Source: Schmidtea polychroa
Taxonomy: Eukaryota
DNA: 64,000 nt
Direction of reading: 5' to 3'
NCBI GenBank assembly: GCA_044892525.1
Contig: CM097885.1
Coordinates: 236,346,001-236,410,000 of the forward strand
Shown: in pieces, positions 44,853 through 58,336 of the stretch
How the letters are laid out: each line of letters begins with the position of its first letter
Numbering within the stretch: position 1 is the first letter of the stretch
Notes under the pieces: model-generated
What the model saw: only the letters and a program-made list of their open reading frames with translations
Databases searched by the model: none
What the model was told of the DNA's origin: nothing
Translations under genes and position numbers: made by a program

Positions 44853-47023
44853 TTCAAGCGTTTTAATATTATCCATTTTTGTATATATTTATTTTTTATA
44901 TCGTCAATTTAACAATATAACTATTATCTGGTGTTCATTTCATATTTGGTCACATTTTCATTTATAATGACAAGGTAAATTAATTATACAGGTAAGTGAC
45001 TTCTCCAAGGGAGTGTAGCTTAGTTAATATCAGACTTTGATTTTTAATAGGGCCCATCTAAATATGTTAATGAACTACTTGTTCGGAGAAGGGATTCAAA
45101 CATTGGCTATGTGTGAAAATGGGAGATGATGTTTGTGTAAATTAAAATAGGTATCTGAGAGGCAAAAAATCCTCTACACTTAGTGAAACTGAAATAAGTT
45201 AAAATTGCTTGCAACAGGCTAAAGTGTAAGGGGGGAATAGTATGAATGGACCAAACCTGTCCGCAATTAAAGACATAAATCACTGTCGCGTAAGTAGCTG
45301 AGTGCGTCGAAGTGAAGACGGGTATGATGTTGACCAATAATGTAGTTAAAATAGGAGATCGTCAAGGAGTAATTCATTTTGTTCAGATTTTGCCCAACCA
45401 ACGCCAAGGAGAGATGAAAAATAAGACAGGTACGTCGTCCGTGGGGCGATATTGGGCATCGCAACGGAAACGGGAATCCCACCCTGTGTAGCCTGTAAAG
45501 AAACAACGAGTGAACCCGAAAGAGTGGAACTGGACAAGTGTCATGCATGGAACCACGGGTTCCAAATCGAACCAACAAACAATATGGCTCTCCGACGAAA
45601 AGCTTCAGAAAGTCGACCAATAGTTGTGCTCAAACGGGGGCCAACTTTGAATTCAGCTCACCTAGCCCAAACCCACGCGATGAGCGACGTTCACCAAGCC
45701 ATCGCAAGACTAAGGCGAGAGAATAATTGAGGATACCGATGGAGAGTTTATCTGCTCACACAATGAGGAATGGTAACAAGAGCTGGTGAAGCTCCATGGA
45801 CACAACGTTGGGATACATAGTGGGGTTATGTGGGCCGATGAAAAACCCCAAGAAGCGTGCCGCCCACGCAAACGGCAGCACAGATATCTGTTCCGTTATT
45901 TGCCTTGTGGTGAAGCTATGGTCGCTGTAGATTTTGTTTGTGTTTTACTTGTAACTATTCGATATGACGACACTGTTTTTTCGTTTAATTCATGTCTATG
46001 AAAAATTGTATTTATTGAATCATAAATTTTCGTTTGTGGATTTCCTTCGATAATGCGTTGAAGGTATGTTCAGATGAATGTCACTTACTAGCCAATCGAA
46101 TTAGAATTAAATAGATTTGAATCGTTAAGAGGGGAGAAGAGATGGCGTCGGACTTACGATGGGGCGCGATGGGGAGAAGTCACGACAGACGATTTATTAT
46201 AAAGGGGTGTTATCAATAAATTATTGAGAAATAACATTCTCTCTAACTTAAAATAATGCATTCCCTTTTGTTTAGTGATACAGTAAATGGAGAACCTACA
46301 ATCAGATAAGGAGACAACGTTAAAACAGACCGAAGAATTGAAACGCAGAATCGCCAAACTCAAGGGACGGTGCCGGGAGTTCGAAGGTACCTGGTTCAGT
46401 ACCACTAAAATGAAAAAGCGCCTACAGCTGATCCAAATGCTGCAGCCTCCAGATTGCTCAAGATCAAACAAAGATATGGGTGCTCCGTCTTCCAGTCAGG
46501 CAATTGGAGACGGAGATAAATCAACGGAATATTAACCAAGGATTAGCCCAACAAATCAGACCAGTTTCAGTGGAGATGACGGAGGTCGCCAAGCAACGGG
46601 CCTCCATTCAGAAGAGCGAGCATGGCTAAAGACGCACCGAAAATTGTTCGTCGCCAGTAACTCGTTACAATAATAAATGTGCAATCGTGTTTCCCATAAA
46701 TAAATCTAGTTGTGTAGAGGATTCTTTGTTTACTTATCAAGTAGTGATATTATAATAAGATTAGAATCATAAGCACAAGTGATTAGTGCAATATTGACCT
46801 AAATATAAGACCGAAAAGTTTTTTATTTGAATTATAATTTTATAAAAAATTCCGCTATCAACAAATTACTTCATCCTTTTCATATATTCTTTGTGATATT
46901 TAAAAATTTTACAACTTTGTTATTTAATTTACTTTTGAAATTAAATTAAATATACTTGTTTAAATAATATAATTTATATAAATTATAATTGTAATCTTTA
47001 AAGTCAATCGTTTTTTTAGAGCA

Positions 47024-49066
47024 ATGAATTTTAATGATGACAATTTTCAAGCTACCAAAAAAACAAAAGTAACCAAAGTTCGAAATAAAACACCCGCACC
47101 TGTTCAAATTACATCAGAGCAATTGTTGAGGGAAGCAAAGGAAAGAGAGTTAGAAGCTACACCTAAACCTCCACAACAAAAGATATCTACAGAAACAGAG
47201 AAAAAAGAATATCAACTGCAAAAAAGACAGGATTATGAAAACAATATTCGAAAAGATAAATTAAAGATTATTAATTGGATGAAATATGCTTCATTCGAAA
47301 TTTCCCAAAATGAAATACATCGAGCCAGAAATGTATTCGAAAGAGCAATAAATATCCATTACAAAGAAGTCTCAATTTGGTTGAAATATGCTGAAATGGA
47401 ACTTCAGTGTAAACAAGTACAACATGCAAGAAATCTATATGAAAGAGCTTTGTCCATTTTACCAAGGGCTAATCAATTATGGTACAAGTATGTTTATATG
47501 GAAGAGAAATTGAAAAACATTGACTCAGCGCAAAAGATTTTCGCACGATGGATGGCTTGGGAACCACCTGAACAAGCATGGCATTCTTTTATTAATCTCG
47601 TGAAAAAGTATGGTGAAATTGATAAAGTTCATATCATTTATAAGAAATTCGTTCAAGTCCATCCAGATGAAAAGAATTGGATTAAATGGGCGAAATTTGA
47701 AGAAAGCAATAATCGAAGTGATATAGCAAGAAACGTTTTAACAACAGCTCTTATATTTTATGGCTCTGACAATCCTCCACCGCATATTTTAAAGGAATTT
47801 GCAAAATTCGAAGAAAGACAACAAGAACATGAACGTGTTAAAGCCATTTATAAATATGCTTTGGATAATTTACCGAAATATTTATCCGAAGACATTTATC
47901 AAGCATATTGTGAATATGAAAAGAAATTTGGTGATAAAATGACAATCCAAGAAACAATCGTTATGAAAAGACAGCATCACTATGAAAAAGTATTATCGGA
48001 AAATCCACATGACTATGATGAATGGTTTAGTTATATAGACATGATGGAAGAAGAGAATCAAAATATAGATGAAATCCGTGAAATCTTCGAACGGGCAATC
48101 GTTAACAAGCCTTTGATTGAGAAGAAATATTACTGGCGAAGATATATTTACCTGTGGATTCAATATGCGCTATTCGAGGAGTTGACGTGTAAAGATGCTA
48201 ACCGAGCGATCGAGGTCTATTCGAAATGTTTGGATCACATTCCCAATAAGAAATTCACATTTGCCAAAATTTGGATTTATAAAGCTGAAGCTCACATTAG
48301 GCAGCGCGATTTCACAATGGCTAGGAAAACGCTCGGCAATGCGATTGGCCGATGCGGCAAGTTCAAATTGTTCCGCTTTTACATAAAATTGGAAACCGAT
48401 CTATTGGAATTCGACCGAGTACGCACATTATATACCAAATTTATTGTTTTCTGTCCGGCCTATGAGCAATCCTGGATCGAATTCGCGAATTTCGAATTCA
48501 AACTAAAACAATTCGAGCGAGTTCGAGCCATTTACGAAAATGCACTGAAAGCCGAAGTCGTAAAGCCGTTTTATGTGTGGAAAAGTTATATTGATTTTGA
48601 GGCGAAAATAAAGGAATTTGACAACTGTTGGAAGCTTCATAGGAGGATTCTGGAACATGATGAAGACGCATTGATCTGGTGCAGTTATGCTACTCTCCAT
48701 CTCTTGGAATTCGATATTGATAAAGATGATGATGATAGTTTTCCAGAGGTTCTCGATAAGGTACGCGAGATTTTCGAGGAGGCGAATAAATCACTGAAGA
48801 AAATGGATAGCTCTCAGCGCGAAATGCTTTTAAAGACCTGGAAGAGATTCGAGGATGATTATGGGACGGATGAGACTATTGAATACGTAGCTAAGAAATT
48901 GCCGAAAAAAGTCGTGCTGAGAAAACGAATAGATAATGAAGATGGCGTTCCAACATGGATTGAATCAAGCAGCCTGGAATTCCCTGATGACGTACAACAA
49001 GACCACAACATGTCAGTTATTGATGATTTCCTTAAAAACGTTCAGGATTGGGATATGAGCCTTTAG
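47024..49066 (+). CDS. CRNKL1: Crooked neck-like pre-mRNA splicing factor (HAT repeats), single exon, 680 aa
   Basis: KVRNKTPAPVQITSEQLLREAKERE N-terminus, repeated W..YA.FE...RAR..FERA units, EKKYYWRRYIYLWIQYALFEEL and KKFTFAKIWI. AATAAA at 49081. Confidence 0.95.
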   Translation: MNFNDDNFQATKKTKVTKVRNKTPAPVQITSEQLLREAKERELEATPKPPQQKISTETEKKEYQLQKRQDYENNIRKDKLKIINWMKYASFEISQNEIHRARNVFERAINIHYKEVSIWLKYAEMELQCKQVQHARNLYERALSILPRANQLWYKYVYMEEKLKNIDSAQKIFARWMAWEPPEQAWHSFINLVKKYGEIDKVHIIYKKFVQVHPDEKNWIKWAKFEESNNRSDIARNVLTTALIFYGSDNPPPHILKEFAKFEERQQEHERVKAIYKYALDNLPKYLSEDIYQAYCEYEKKFGDKMTIQETIVMKRQHHYEKVLSENPHDYDEWFSYIDMMEEENQNIDEIREIFERAIVNKPLIEKKYYWRRYIYLWIQYALFEELTCKDANRAIEVYSKCLDHIPNKKFTFAKIWIYKAEAHIRQRDFTMARKTLGNAIGRCGKFKLFRFYIKLETDLLEFDRVRTLYTKFIVFCPAYEQSWIEFANFEFKLKQFERVRAIYENALKAEVVKPFYVWKSYIDFEAKIKEFDNCWKLHRRILEHDEDALIWCSYATLHLLEFDIDKDDDDSFPEVLDKVREIFEEANKSLKKMDSSQREMLLKTWKRFEDDYGTDETIEYVAKKLPKKVVLRKRIDNEDGVPTWIESSSLEFPDDVQQDHNMSVIDDFLKNVQDWDMSL

Positions 49067-49378
49067 ATGAGTTTCGTTTGAATAAATATTTTTCCTGATT
49101 TATTCAGTTTTTAATTACAATATTTACTTATTTTATTCAAATATTTTCTTTGTAATAATTTGATTGGTTAAAATAGACAAAAATTAATTTTAAAAAATTA
49201 ACTAATACTTATTTAGATGAAAATAATTAATATTATTTTCTGAAATTGAATTTAATTGTTTTACCCAGCATAGTAATGATAGAAATGCTAATGGAATAAT
49301 ATTGTTGAGGTTTATGAATGCCATTGTTAATTTCGTACGAAATATCTCTGTTTAGATTGCAATCGTGATATTATAGAG

Positions 49379-51820
49379 CAGCGGTTCTCAAATTCTTTGA
49401 AATTTTCTGCGAGGCGGTCCCTTTAAAAATTGTTAGATAGGTTGTGGACCCTTAATAATAAAAAATAAAAAAGGTATAGCAAATAAAACATATATATTGA
49501 GAAAATATTACATCGTAAAAGTTAAATAACAATTTTAATGCGACGGATGCAGGCGTTTTTCCAGAACTAGAGCTTCTAGATTTGGCTTTGTCTTGGCCAG
49601 TGCAACTCGCATATCATTTGTCGCGCATAATCTATTTCTTGCTTTTGTTTTAATTGTAAGTAGTGTAGAAAAAGCCGACTCACACTCATAGGTGGTTGCA
49701 AATGGAATGAGGACTTTTAGAGCCATCTTTGCAACATCAGGATAGGACAGTGCCATTTCAATCCAAAAGTCACTACAGCAAGTTCCACGGAAAACATGTT
49801 TTGCACCCTCATCGTTTATTAAATCAATAAATTGTTCCTGAACTAAATTGTCGTCCGAGAGCAGGTCACTAATAGATACTTCAAATGGGTTAGTGATAAA
49901 CCGATGGTGTTTTTCAAATTCTCGCAGATCAGGAAAATAGTGAGACATTTCTTTGCTAAGAACGAATACATGCTGTTTCATCATTTCAAGAATATCGGCA
50001 TCGACTTCAAGCTCATTTTCATCAATATATGTATTCAGCTGCGGAAATGGAGCAAAATTCTTATTCTCTAACTTTGTAATCCATAGTTCGAGCTTCATTT
50101 TGAAAGCCGTCAATTTTTCATGACAATGTAGCACTGTGATATCTTTTCCTTGCAGCGTTAGATTGATATAATTCACGGATTCAAATATGTCTCCCAAAAA
50201 TGACAAGGAAAATAAGAAAACGGACATCGGAGAATTTTGTGTGCATGTCTGGTTTGGTATCTTTCAAAAATTGCTGAATTTCTTTATGGAGTATATAAAC
50301 CCTCTTTAAAACTTTCCCTTTGGAAAGCCACCTCACGTGTGAGTGCAACAAGAGTTTTTCAATTTCGGAATCACTTTCTTTGCATAACTCGGAAAACAAA
50401 CGAGAGTTAAGTGCATTTGATTTTATGAAATTTACTGCTGTAATCACATGATTGAGAACATTTTTCAACTCGTCAGGCATGGTTTGTACCATTAACGCTT
50501 GGCGATGAATAGTGCAGTGTGTACCAATCATGTTTGGGGATTTTTGTTTAACCAAAGTTTGAAACACAGAACGACAACCAAGCATTGCTGGAGCACCGTC
50601 AGTACACACGCCAATAAGATTTTCCCATTTGATATCAAGCGGTTCAAAGAATCTGTCCACTTTATCAAAGATTTCTTTTGCAGTTGTTCTGGTATTGAGA
50701 GTTTCACAGAACAAAAATTCATCTTCCAGGTGTTTATCATACGTATATCGTACGTACACGCAAAGTTGTGCTAAGTTGGCGACATCCGTCGTTTCATCAA
50801 GTTGGATTGCAAAGAAGGAGAACGTTGAGTTTTGAATTTTTGACACCACTTGCGACAGAATGTTTTCGGACATTTCTGCTATTCGCCTCCGAACAGTGTC
50901 GTTTGACAGGCAAACGTAACTTAGCTTGCTGAGCTCCGAACATCCCAGAACATTTGATATTATATCTTTGCAGCAAGGTAATATCAACTCTTCTCCGATA
51001 TTGTGTGGTTTTTAGGCCGCAGCTATTTTCCTTGAAACCTCATAGGACGCTCTCAGACCAGCCTTAATGTTCTGCGACCAGATTCCTGTGTCATCAATCC
51101 TGGAGTTGTGCAGTCGTTTGGCTTGGCGCTTAAAGAAGTCGACATCTTTGGTCATTGAGCTGGGATGCTTCGTTTCTAAGTGTCTCTTTAACTTGCTGGG
51201 TTTAAGAAAAGAGGGTGCCAGCACCTCAGAACACAAGACACACTGTGGTTTCTCTTCACCTTTCGAATTTATTACAGTAAACCCATATTGTAAATATGAA
51301 ATGTCATATCTCATTTTCTTTTTGGTGGGCATCTTAAATCTAAAAAAATCGATAAAATAAAATAAAATTATAAATTTATAAAATTATACAGCAAAACTTA
51401 ATGTTTATTATACCACAAACTGTTTACAAGAAAATAAAATACTAAATGTGATGCGTCGTTCACTCGGAGAAAATACAATTAAAGACAAAGAATAAGCAGA
51501 CAGGCCTGCTATATAAACCCTCGAGGTTGGACCGAGTCGAGATGAAAACGTTACAATTTAAAACAATGACGTCACAAATTAGCATACAACCTCAACATGC
51601 ACGCAAAATATTGGAGACACAAAACGCAGTTTTACCCCGTAAGGGGGCTAATTTTGAATTGATTTTTAATAACAGAAATGATTAAATTATTTTTTGATGT
51701 TTTTTTTAAATGATTTAAAAAAATGATTTAAAAAATAAATATGCGTTAGTTCGTCGCGGTCCCACCGAAACTGCGTCGCGGTCTCCTAGGGGACCGCGGA
51801 CCCCACTTTGAGAACCGCTG
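49379..51820 (-). mobile_element. hAT transposon, Buster type (2442 bp)
   Basis: Perfect 14-bp TIR CAGCGGTTCTCAAA. 8-bp TSD TTATAGAG at 49371-49378 and 51821-51828, with TA at positions 4-5. CGCGG subterminal motifs. Confidence 0.96.
49535..51332 (-). pseudogene. Buster/ZBED-like transposase, disrupted
   Basis: BED finger PQCVLC..LKRHLETKH, FAIQLDETTD, CTDGAPAM, HCTIHRQAL, VRWLS, PFATTYECESAFS. One in-frame TAA at 51012-51014 and one frameshift at ~50200. Confidence 0.92.
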
Positions 51821-54699
51821 TTATAGAGGTTGGTGTATTGCCGAGTCTAGTTTCAAATGTATTGTTGTGAAATCTTGGTTTTATCAATTCCTTCAATGTT
51901 ACATCATTAACAATGCAGCTTTTGGGAACGTTAAGCGACAAGCTTTTTCAGTCTCATGACTTTACGATGAAACACCTATGGGTTGCGTAGTGGTGGTAAG
52001 GAGGTAAGAAAAATTTAACAATTTCATCCCTTAAACACCAGTTGAGTGAAAACGTAGGTAATGGGTGAATGTCAGCAAAAGTGAGTACATTCTGGTGAGC
52101 TGTAATAGTCAGACATTCAAAAACGACATTGGCGTTAGAGGTTCGTGCACAGCACTACGGACCACAAGAATTGCTAAAGACGTACCGATTCAAGAATAAC
52201 GGGGGAGTTGTATTTTAAATATATCTTTTATTATATTATATTACATAGTATTTTATATTTATTTATATTTTTTACATTTGTATTCGTTTATAAATTTTTA
52301 TTTAAGCTCACCTTTGCCACATTATATTATATCATATTTATATTTTCTTATAAATTTTTACGTAAACTTGTTAGGATTGATCTGGTGGGTAAGATACCTA
52401 ACACAGTTACTAATTTATCTGACTCCAAAAAGATAATTTAGCGTGTATAAATAAATATGATTTAACTAAGGTAACACGATTATTAGTTATATTAGTTATA
52501 AGTTATATTTGTTATGCACAAAGCTTTTTAAAATGAATTTCCCAAAAATGTCCGCTGATATTAAAGTAAAGAAATCGGTTATTCTAACCGTCCTCACAAA
52601 AGAACACATGCTGGATCTACTTGCCTCACAGCGTTGCATATCGAGATAGGACTAAGATTGAGGGCGAGTACCGAATTTTACGCGATCGAATAGAGCCAGA
52701 GCGTTCTATCGTTACATAGATTTATCCACTTCTAATCGTTTAAATTCCAACAAACAAATCAGGCTGAAATGCTGATGTTTGTGATCGGGTGTGATTTAAT
52801 TTTATTTACGATCAAAAATTAGAGAGATTAATTAACCTTATGGTTATTCTCAATGAATTTTTCTTTGCGAGATCTCAATGCTATAAATTTCTACGAATTT
52901 TTAGCTAATGTCTCCACTTTCCCTTCTTTATATACTAAATGGCTCAACCGCTGTTTATTAATGAGTTCTGGTAGCAGCTGGTATTCTTCCTAGTTGAAGA
53001 GTTTTCCCAAAATTATTAATACTGATCACAGCTGGTGTTATTGCTTTTAATCCTAATTTGTTTTGTCTCTTACTTCGCTAGTCAGATCTGAGAATTAATC
53101 TTTATTACTTTTCTAATCAATATTGATTGAAGCGTGATTATTATATTTCAACTGACTATTAATCTTCTATTTATATTATTTCAATTTGCAATATTAACTT
53201 AAACAAGTTCCATTTTAATATAATGTACAATATATATTACTATATTTAATATTTATCTTATTTATGGCAATTAATTTATGCTATTTTTATAATATTTATA
53301 TTTATAGTAAATATTTATTTAAAGTATTTTTATAATCCTAATATCTATTTATAGTAATTAATTATTCTTTACCTCATTGTTTTTCTACACCCTAACTACA
53401 AATCTCGCCTGCAACTCTACTGAATTCTTTACATGCAGCAGTGATTCTTTCCCAACCACCATAGTAATGTCCCCAACCTCTTTTGATCACAAAATACGAG
53501 AAGTCAGTCACCACAAATTTACGCACTGACATTAGCACCTCTCTTCGCATCGACAAGGCATCATTTTACATGTTATGCAACAACTTCCGAGTTTCGTCAA
53601 TCATTGATGTCCTTACCAATTTGGTCGGCTCACATTCACCGTGGTTTCGAATCTTTAAAACTCTTACGGCCTCCTTCCAAAAATGACGCGCAGATAATCT
53701 CCTTGATACCTAACCTGCCGAATTGATATCCGAACTTGCCTCAAAAAACGCTGGTTTTCTCGATATTCGGGAACACTCAACTTATCTGGTTCTTATATAT
53801 AAATCAAAATAAGTCTATAGATAAATATTTATTAAAAACAAAATTTACCAAATAACAGATTAAATTCTAAATCGATCTACACAGTCTATCCAAATAATTC
53901 TTTTATTCTATAATATTTTCTAAAAATGTTTGTGAAATATTGTGTTTTGTTATTATGTTGTGTCGTGCGTGTATATATATATAATTACTGTAAATAAAAT
54001 TTGTGGAACGTTCTGTGCTGTTCCGGGCTTTATTTTATTCGTAGGATTAACCTTTGAATATTATTACAAGCGCTGAAATTTTGGGCGATTATACTAAAAA
54101 TGTTTGGGGTATTTATTGGGGGCAAAATAAATTATATTCATTTTAATTGGTTAAAAAATACTGCAAAATAAATCATATTTATTTTAAAGAACACTTAAAA
54201 AATATCAGTTGTTTATTTCAAGAACACTTGAATTTAAAAAAGATTTTCTTTTTTCCACTGTTTATTTAAAATTATTTAATTTTGTCTTTAACTGAAAAAT
54301 TATTATTAATTAATTTATTTAGAATATTTTCCCTTGTGAAAAATTATACTGTAATCATTTATCTAAAAGACTAACTAGAAATAAAATACTCAGTCTATTA
54401 AATATATACACCCGATAAAATATACATCATTAATCAGAAGGTATTATACATAAATAATCAGACAGAAATTAATCAGAATAATAATAAAGGATAAAATATG
54501 CACAGATTGTTAGCTAGTTCGAGGAAAATGTTTGATCAATAATATTTACACAAATTGTTGAATCGTTCAAGAATAATGTTTTGTTGAATTAACTCGAATT
54601 GATTGGATTGTTTCTGGATTGAATTGGGTTGCATGGAATTGGGTTGTTGATTGTTGGGAAATTAGATTGTCTATTTATCTATGCTATTCGTCGACTCAG

Positions 54700-57035
54700 A
54701 ATATGCCAATATCCCCTCATTAAGATCACTGACCGCATTCACGCACTCCAACTACACAAACCACGAGCACCACCGCTACCCCAAGTCATTAACGCAACTC
54801 ATAAACCCGTCACCCTTTCCCCCACAACGTTAAAAGATATCCCAACGACGCATCGCTTTCATACCAGGCGCAAAATACCAACCATCCCCAACAAAAAGCA
54901 CAAAAACCCTCCAGCCAACCAATAACGCCTCACTAATCTGCTTTTATCACAACTGATTCAATCAACACGCAGAGAAACGCTTTATCGGTTGAGATTGGAG
55001 TTTCGCACCAATCAAAATCCAAATAATCCCGATTTCCATCCACCATCATCTTTTCAAGAACGAGGCCAGATTGTGCCTGACAGATGCACATGGCACACGA
55101 GTTGTTATTACTCGTCAAGTCACCTATCAAGTCATCGGATGCCCCTGGAGCCACCGATGTCTTACAGCCAGTGAATCCACCTTCTCACAGCAAAGCACGT
55201 CCAATGTACATAATATCAACCCAACCAACAAACACCGTTTGAAGGACAACGCTACTCTCTCAACATCACAACAATCTAGCTCAGCACCACACACCACACC
55301 ACTTAGTGCACCACCCACAGCGCCACTTAGCTCGTCCAATGACGACTTTAGTACAAGCGGTACGCCGGTACCACCACAAACATCGTGCACCACAGTTCAC
55401 GCACTATTTACCGCTACACTTATTACCAAAATCGACACTCAAACCATAACTCCACTCACTTCGCACCGAATTGCTGGAAACTTCGTTATTAACGCTCAAC
55501 TATGCGACACCTCCGGACAGTCTAATCACCGCACTGTAACACTACTCGTAGACACAGGCTTGTCCTATTTTCTAGTCTACCTAACACCATAAATGCAGAC
55601 ATAACCTTCCCTCCTACATGGTAGCCGCGAACGGTACACATATACTGCTCTCCGGTAAAATAACAATCCAATTTCGACTCCCAGGTTTCCTGAAACTCTT
55701 CTCAAACTCCCTTTACATCGCCGATACCACCTTCCCCATACTAGGCCTCGACCTCCTAACAAACGAAGCAGTGCACATCGACTGCAAAAACAGACTTATA
55801 TATCAAGTACCTCTACCAGTTTCCACGATACTGCAACAACCAACAATATTTTAATTAACAGTGAACAACGTAAAGTCCGTCATCCCAGAAAATATCCTCA
55901 AATCAGCAGTATTTACTATGGATTGTATACCGGTAAACCGGTAATTTTATTTTCATTTACCGATTTACCAGTAAATGAAAAAATCGGTAAATTTACAATC
56001 CCTAGTATTTACTACTTCTTTCGGCAACTTCGAGTACCTTTTACTGCCATTCGGTCTCAGGAACGCCGTACAAACACTTACACGCTTCATGGATATTACT
56101 TTCCGGCACCTGAACCACACGTTCGCCTATCCTGACGACTCTTCACATGCAAAAAAACTACTACAAGTATTCGACATTCTCAACAAGAACAACCTAATAA
56201 GTGTCAGTTTTTCAAGTCACGTGTTCGCTTTCTAGGCCACATACTAATAACCGACGGATGTGAACGATTTAAGAAAAAATCAGACATCATCCGGTCATTC
56301 CACAAGCTGACCACAGTCACATAACTCCGTAGCTTTCTAGGAACAGTAAACAGATTTATCCCAAATTCATCTCACACCACGGCCCCGTTGCCCGCCTTTA
56401 ATCATGGTCCCATCAAATGGCCCAACAAAACACTCGGCATTCACAACCGTAAATAAGGCCTTGACCAACATTGCATCGCTGTATTAGCCGCACTACGTCT
56501 CAGACATAGCAGCAGGTTCCGTTCTTCAATTCAAAGACGGCATTCACCGCTCGATCGAATTTTTTTCCTGCAAATTCTCGCAAACAGAAATAAAGTATAG
56601 CGCCTTCGACAGAGAGTTACTAGCCATTGTGCTTTCTGTTAAACATTTCAGACACTTCCTCTAAGGCAGACATTTTATTATTTTCACCGATCACAAGCTA
56701 CTTTTACACTATCTTAACATGAAGGATCCGTCAAATAGATTATTCCGCAACTAGCATTCTTATCATCTTTAGACTTCGAGATCAAACACAGAGCAGGATG
56801 AGATAACGTCATCGCATACTGTCTTTTGCGCGCAGTCGTAAATTCAATATCCTTCTCGCCTCTCTTTTCATCGGATATCCTGTCCACACCACCATCCGAA
56901 ACTGACATCTCCAAATTCAAAGAATCCCACAAACTTATTGACGGCGTCCAATATGACACATCTTTTAAAAACTCATTGGGTCCCATATTACACGAAGCAC
57001 TACGCAAAGACGCCTTCCTCACAGTCCATATTGGG
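54700..57035 (+). mobile_element. Decayed Ty3/gypsy pol region (PR-RT-RH, truncated at integrase start)
   Basis: C-rich strand. Protease LLVDTG, RT FGNFEYLLLPFGLRNAVQT...FAYPDD, RNase H TEIKYSAFDRELLAIV...FTDHKLL. Multiple disruptions. Confidence 0.85.
55917..56004. mobile_element. 88-bp hAT-type MITE inserted in the gypsy RT
   Basis: TIRs TATGGATTGTA / TACAATCCCTA (10/11 match). 8-bp TSD GTATTTAC at 55909-55916 and 56005-56012. Removal restores KSAVFTTSFGNFEY. Confidence 0.85.
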
Positions 57036-57258
57036 TTTAGATATAAAACAATACATTTTAAGCATTTACAAAAATTGTTTAATAGTAAAATTGGATAAAA
57101 ATATAAAACCTTTTATTTATTTTCGAGATTTTTCCAAATTTGATACTTTGAATTGGATCTTCTCCTCGGTTTTCTGTTATCTTCTTATTTTGAATTTCTT
57201 TCCTTGATTATAATTTGTATTCGCTTTTGCTTTATGATTGGCTAAATTTGAAATTGAA

Positions 57259-58336
57259 TCACGATTTCGCTTGACTTATTTGTTTCTTCAGTCTTGAATT
57301 TCCTAGATGTTGTAGATTTGTTTGAAATGAACTAAATTCTTTTACAAGAGGTAATATTAAAGGTGTTACCGTTTCTAGTGTCTCTACCGGTATGCGCAAC
57401 TTCAGCATCCAGTCTAAAATCTGATTAATTGTTTCTCCATCCAAGGGAGATTTTTGTAGTTCAAATCCCAATTTTTGGGTCAACTGTTGGGATTCCTCCA
57501 GCTGTTCTATATTTTCATTAGTGTAATCAGGAATACACTATCCCGGTCTATTACTGAAACCGGTATTTGTACCCATCTGGAGGCAAGTTTCGTCACCCTA
57601 CCGTTCAAGATTCTATTCTGCAGAAACGTCTCGCTTCCTATCAACTTTTTTCCACATATATATAATTCATATCTCCTATACTCTTCAGAGTTTCTATTAA
57701 CATCAGCTCGACATTTGATATTTATGTCGAGTTCATGCTCCTGCTCATGTGAGAGTTGTATATGAAGATGGACATCTCGTGAATCCCACTCGCGCTCCAT
57801 GGCTGCTTCTAATTTTCGTAGGATTTTGTGTCTTTGTGATACATTGGATCATCTTTGACTTGAGATATCAGTTTCACTACTGTATCGATCTCATTATTTT
57901 TTTATCTCAGCTTTAGCCAATTTCTCTAATTGTTTAATCAGTTTCTGCTGATACTCATATATGGAATCCACCAGTTTCATATACTTCTTTAAGGTATCTG
58001 ACCCCTGTATTACCTTTGCTTTTCCTGGCAAAGTTACGCCGAACTCGCTCAGTATGGTTGCCCTACTAGATTCGTTATCAAAATCCCTTTCTGATTCCGT
58101 TTCCTCATGGTTCTCTCTATCGGAGGCCGTTTTAACTGCTTTGACTTCATCTCTTCCGACATTCACCATGAAGATGGTATCTTCTTGGTTTTTCAATCTC
58201 ACCAATCTATTCTTTTCCTACTGAATTTCCATTTCCAGTTGTTGTAGATAGGTTAATCCTTGACCTTGGTTAACCATAAATGCCGTTTTTGGTTTGTTAA
58301 AATTACCCTTATCGGTATTGTCACTCTAATTCTAAG
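57259..58336 (-). pseudogene. Degenerate coding-like region of unknown origin; target of the second pPolB element
   Basis: Successive same-strand ORF fragments (57894-58205, 57507-57800, 57259-57483) with E/K-rich composition. No motif recognised. Confidence 0.3.

Noticed and set aside
45107..46720. Cluster of short ORFs in a GC-richer stretch
   Set aside because: Overlapping frames on both strands with no recognisable domain. Probably repeat- or LTR-derived, but I could not define boundaries.
51830..54700. Possible further LTR, gag or env fragments (purine tract at ~52200, C-rich segment 53400-53790)
   Set aside because: No paired LTRs, TSDs or convincing protein motifs could be established by eye.
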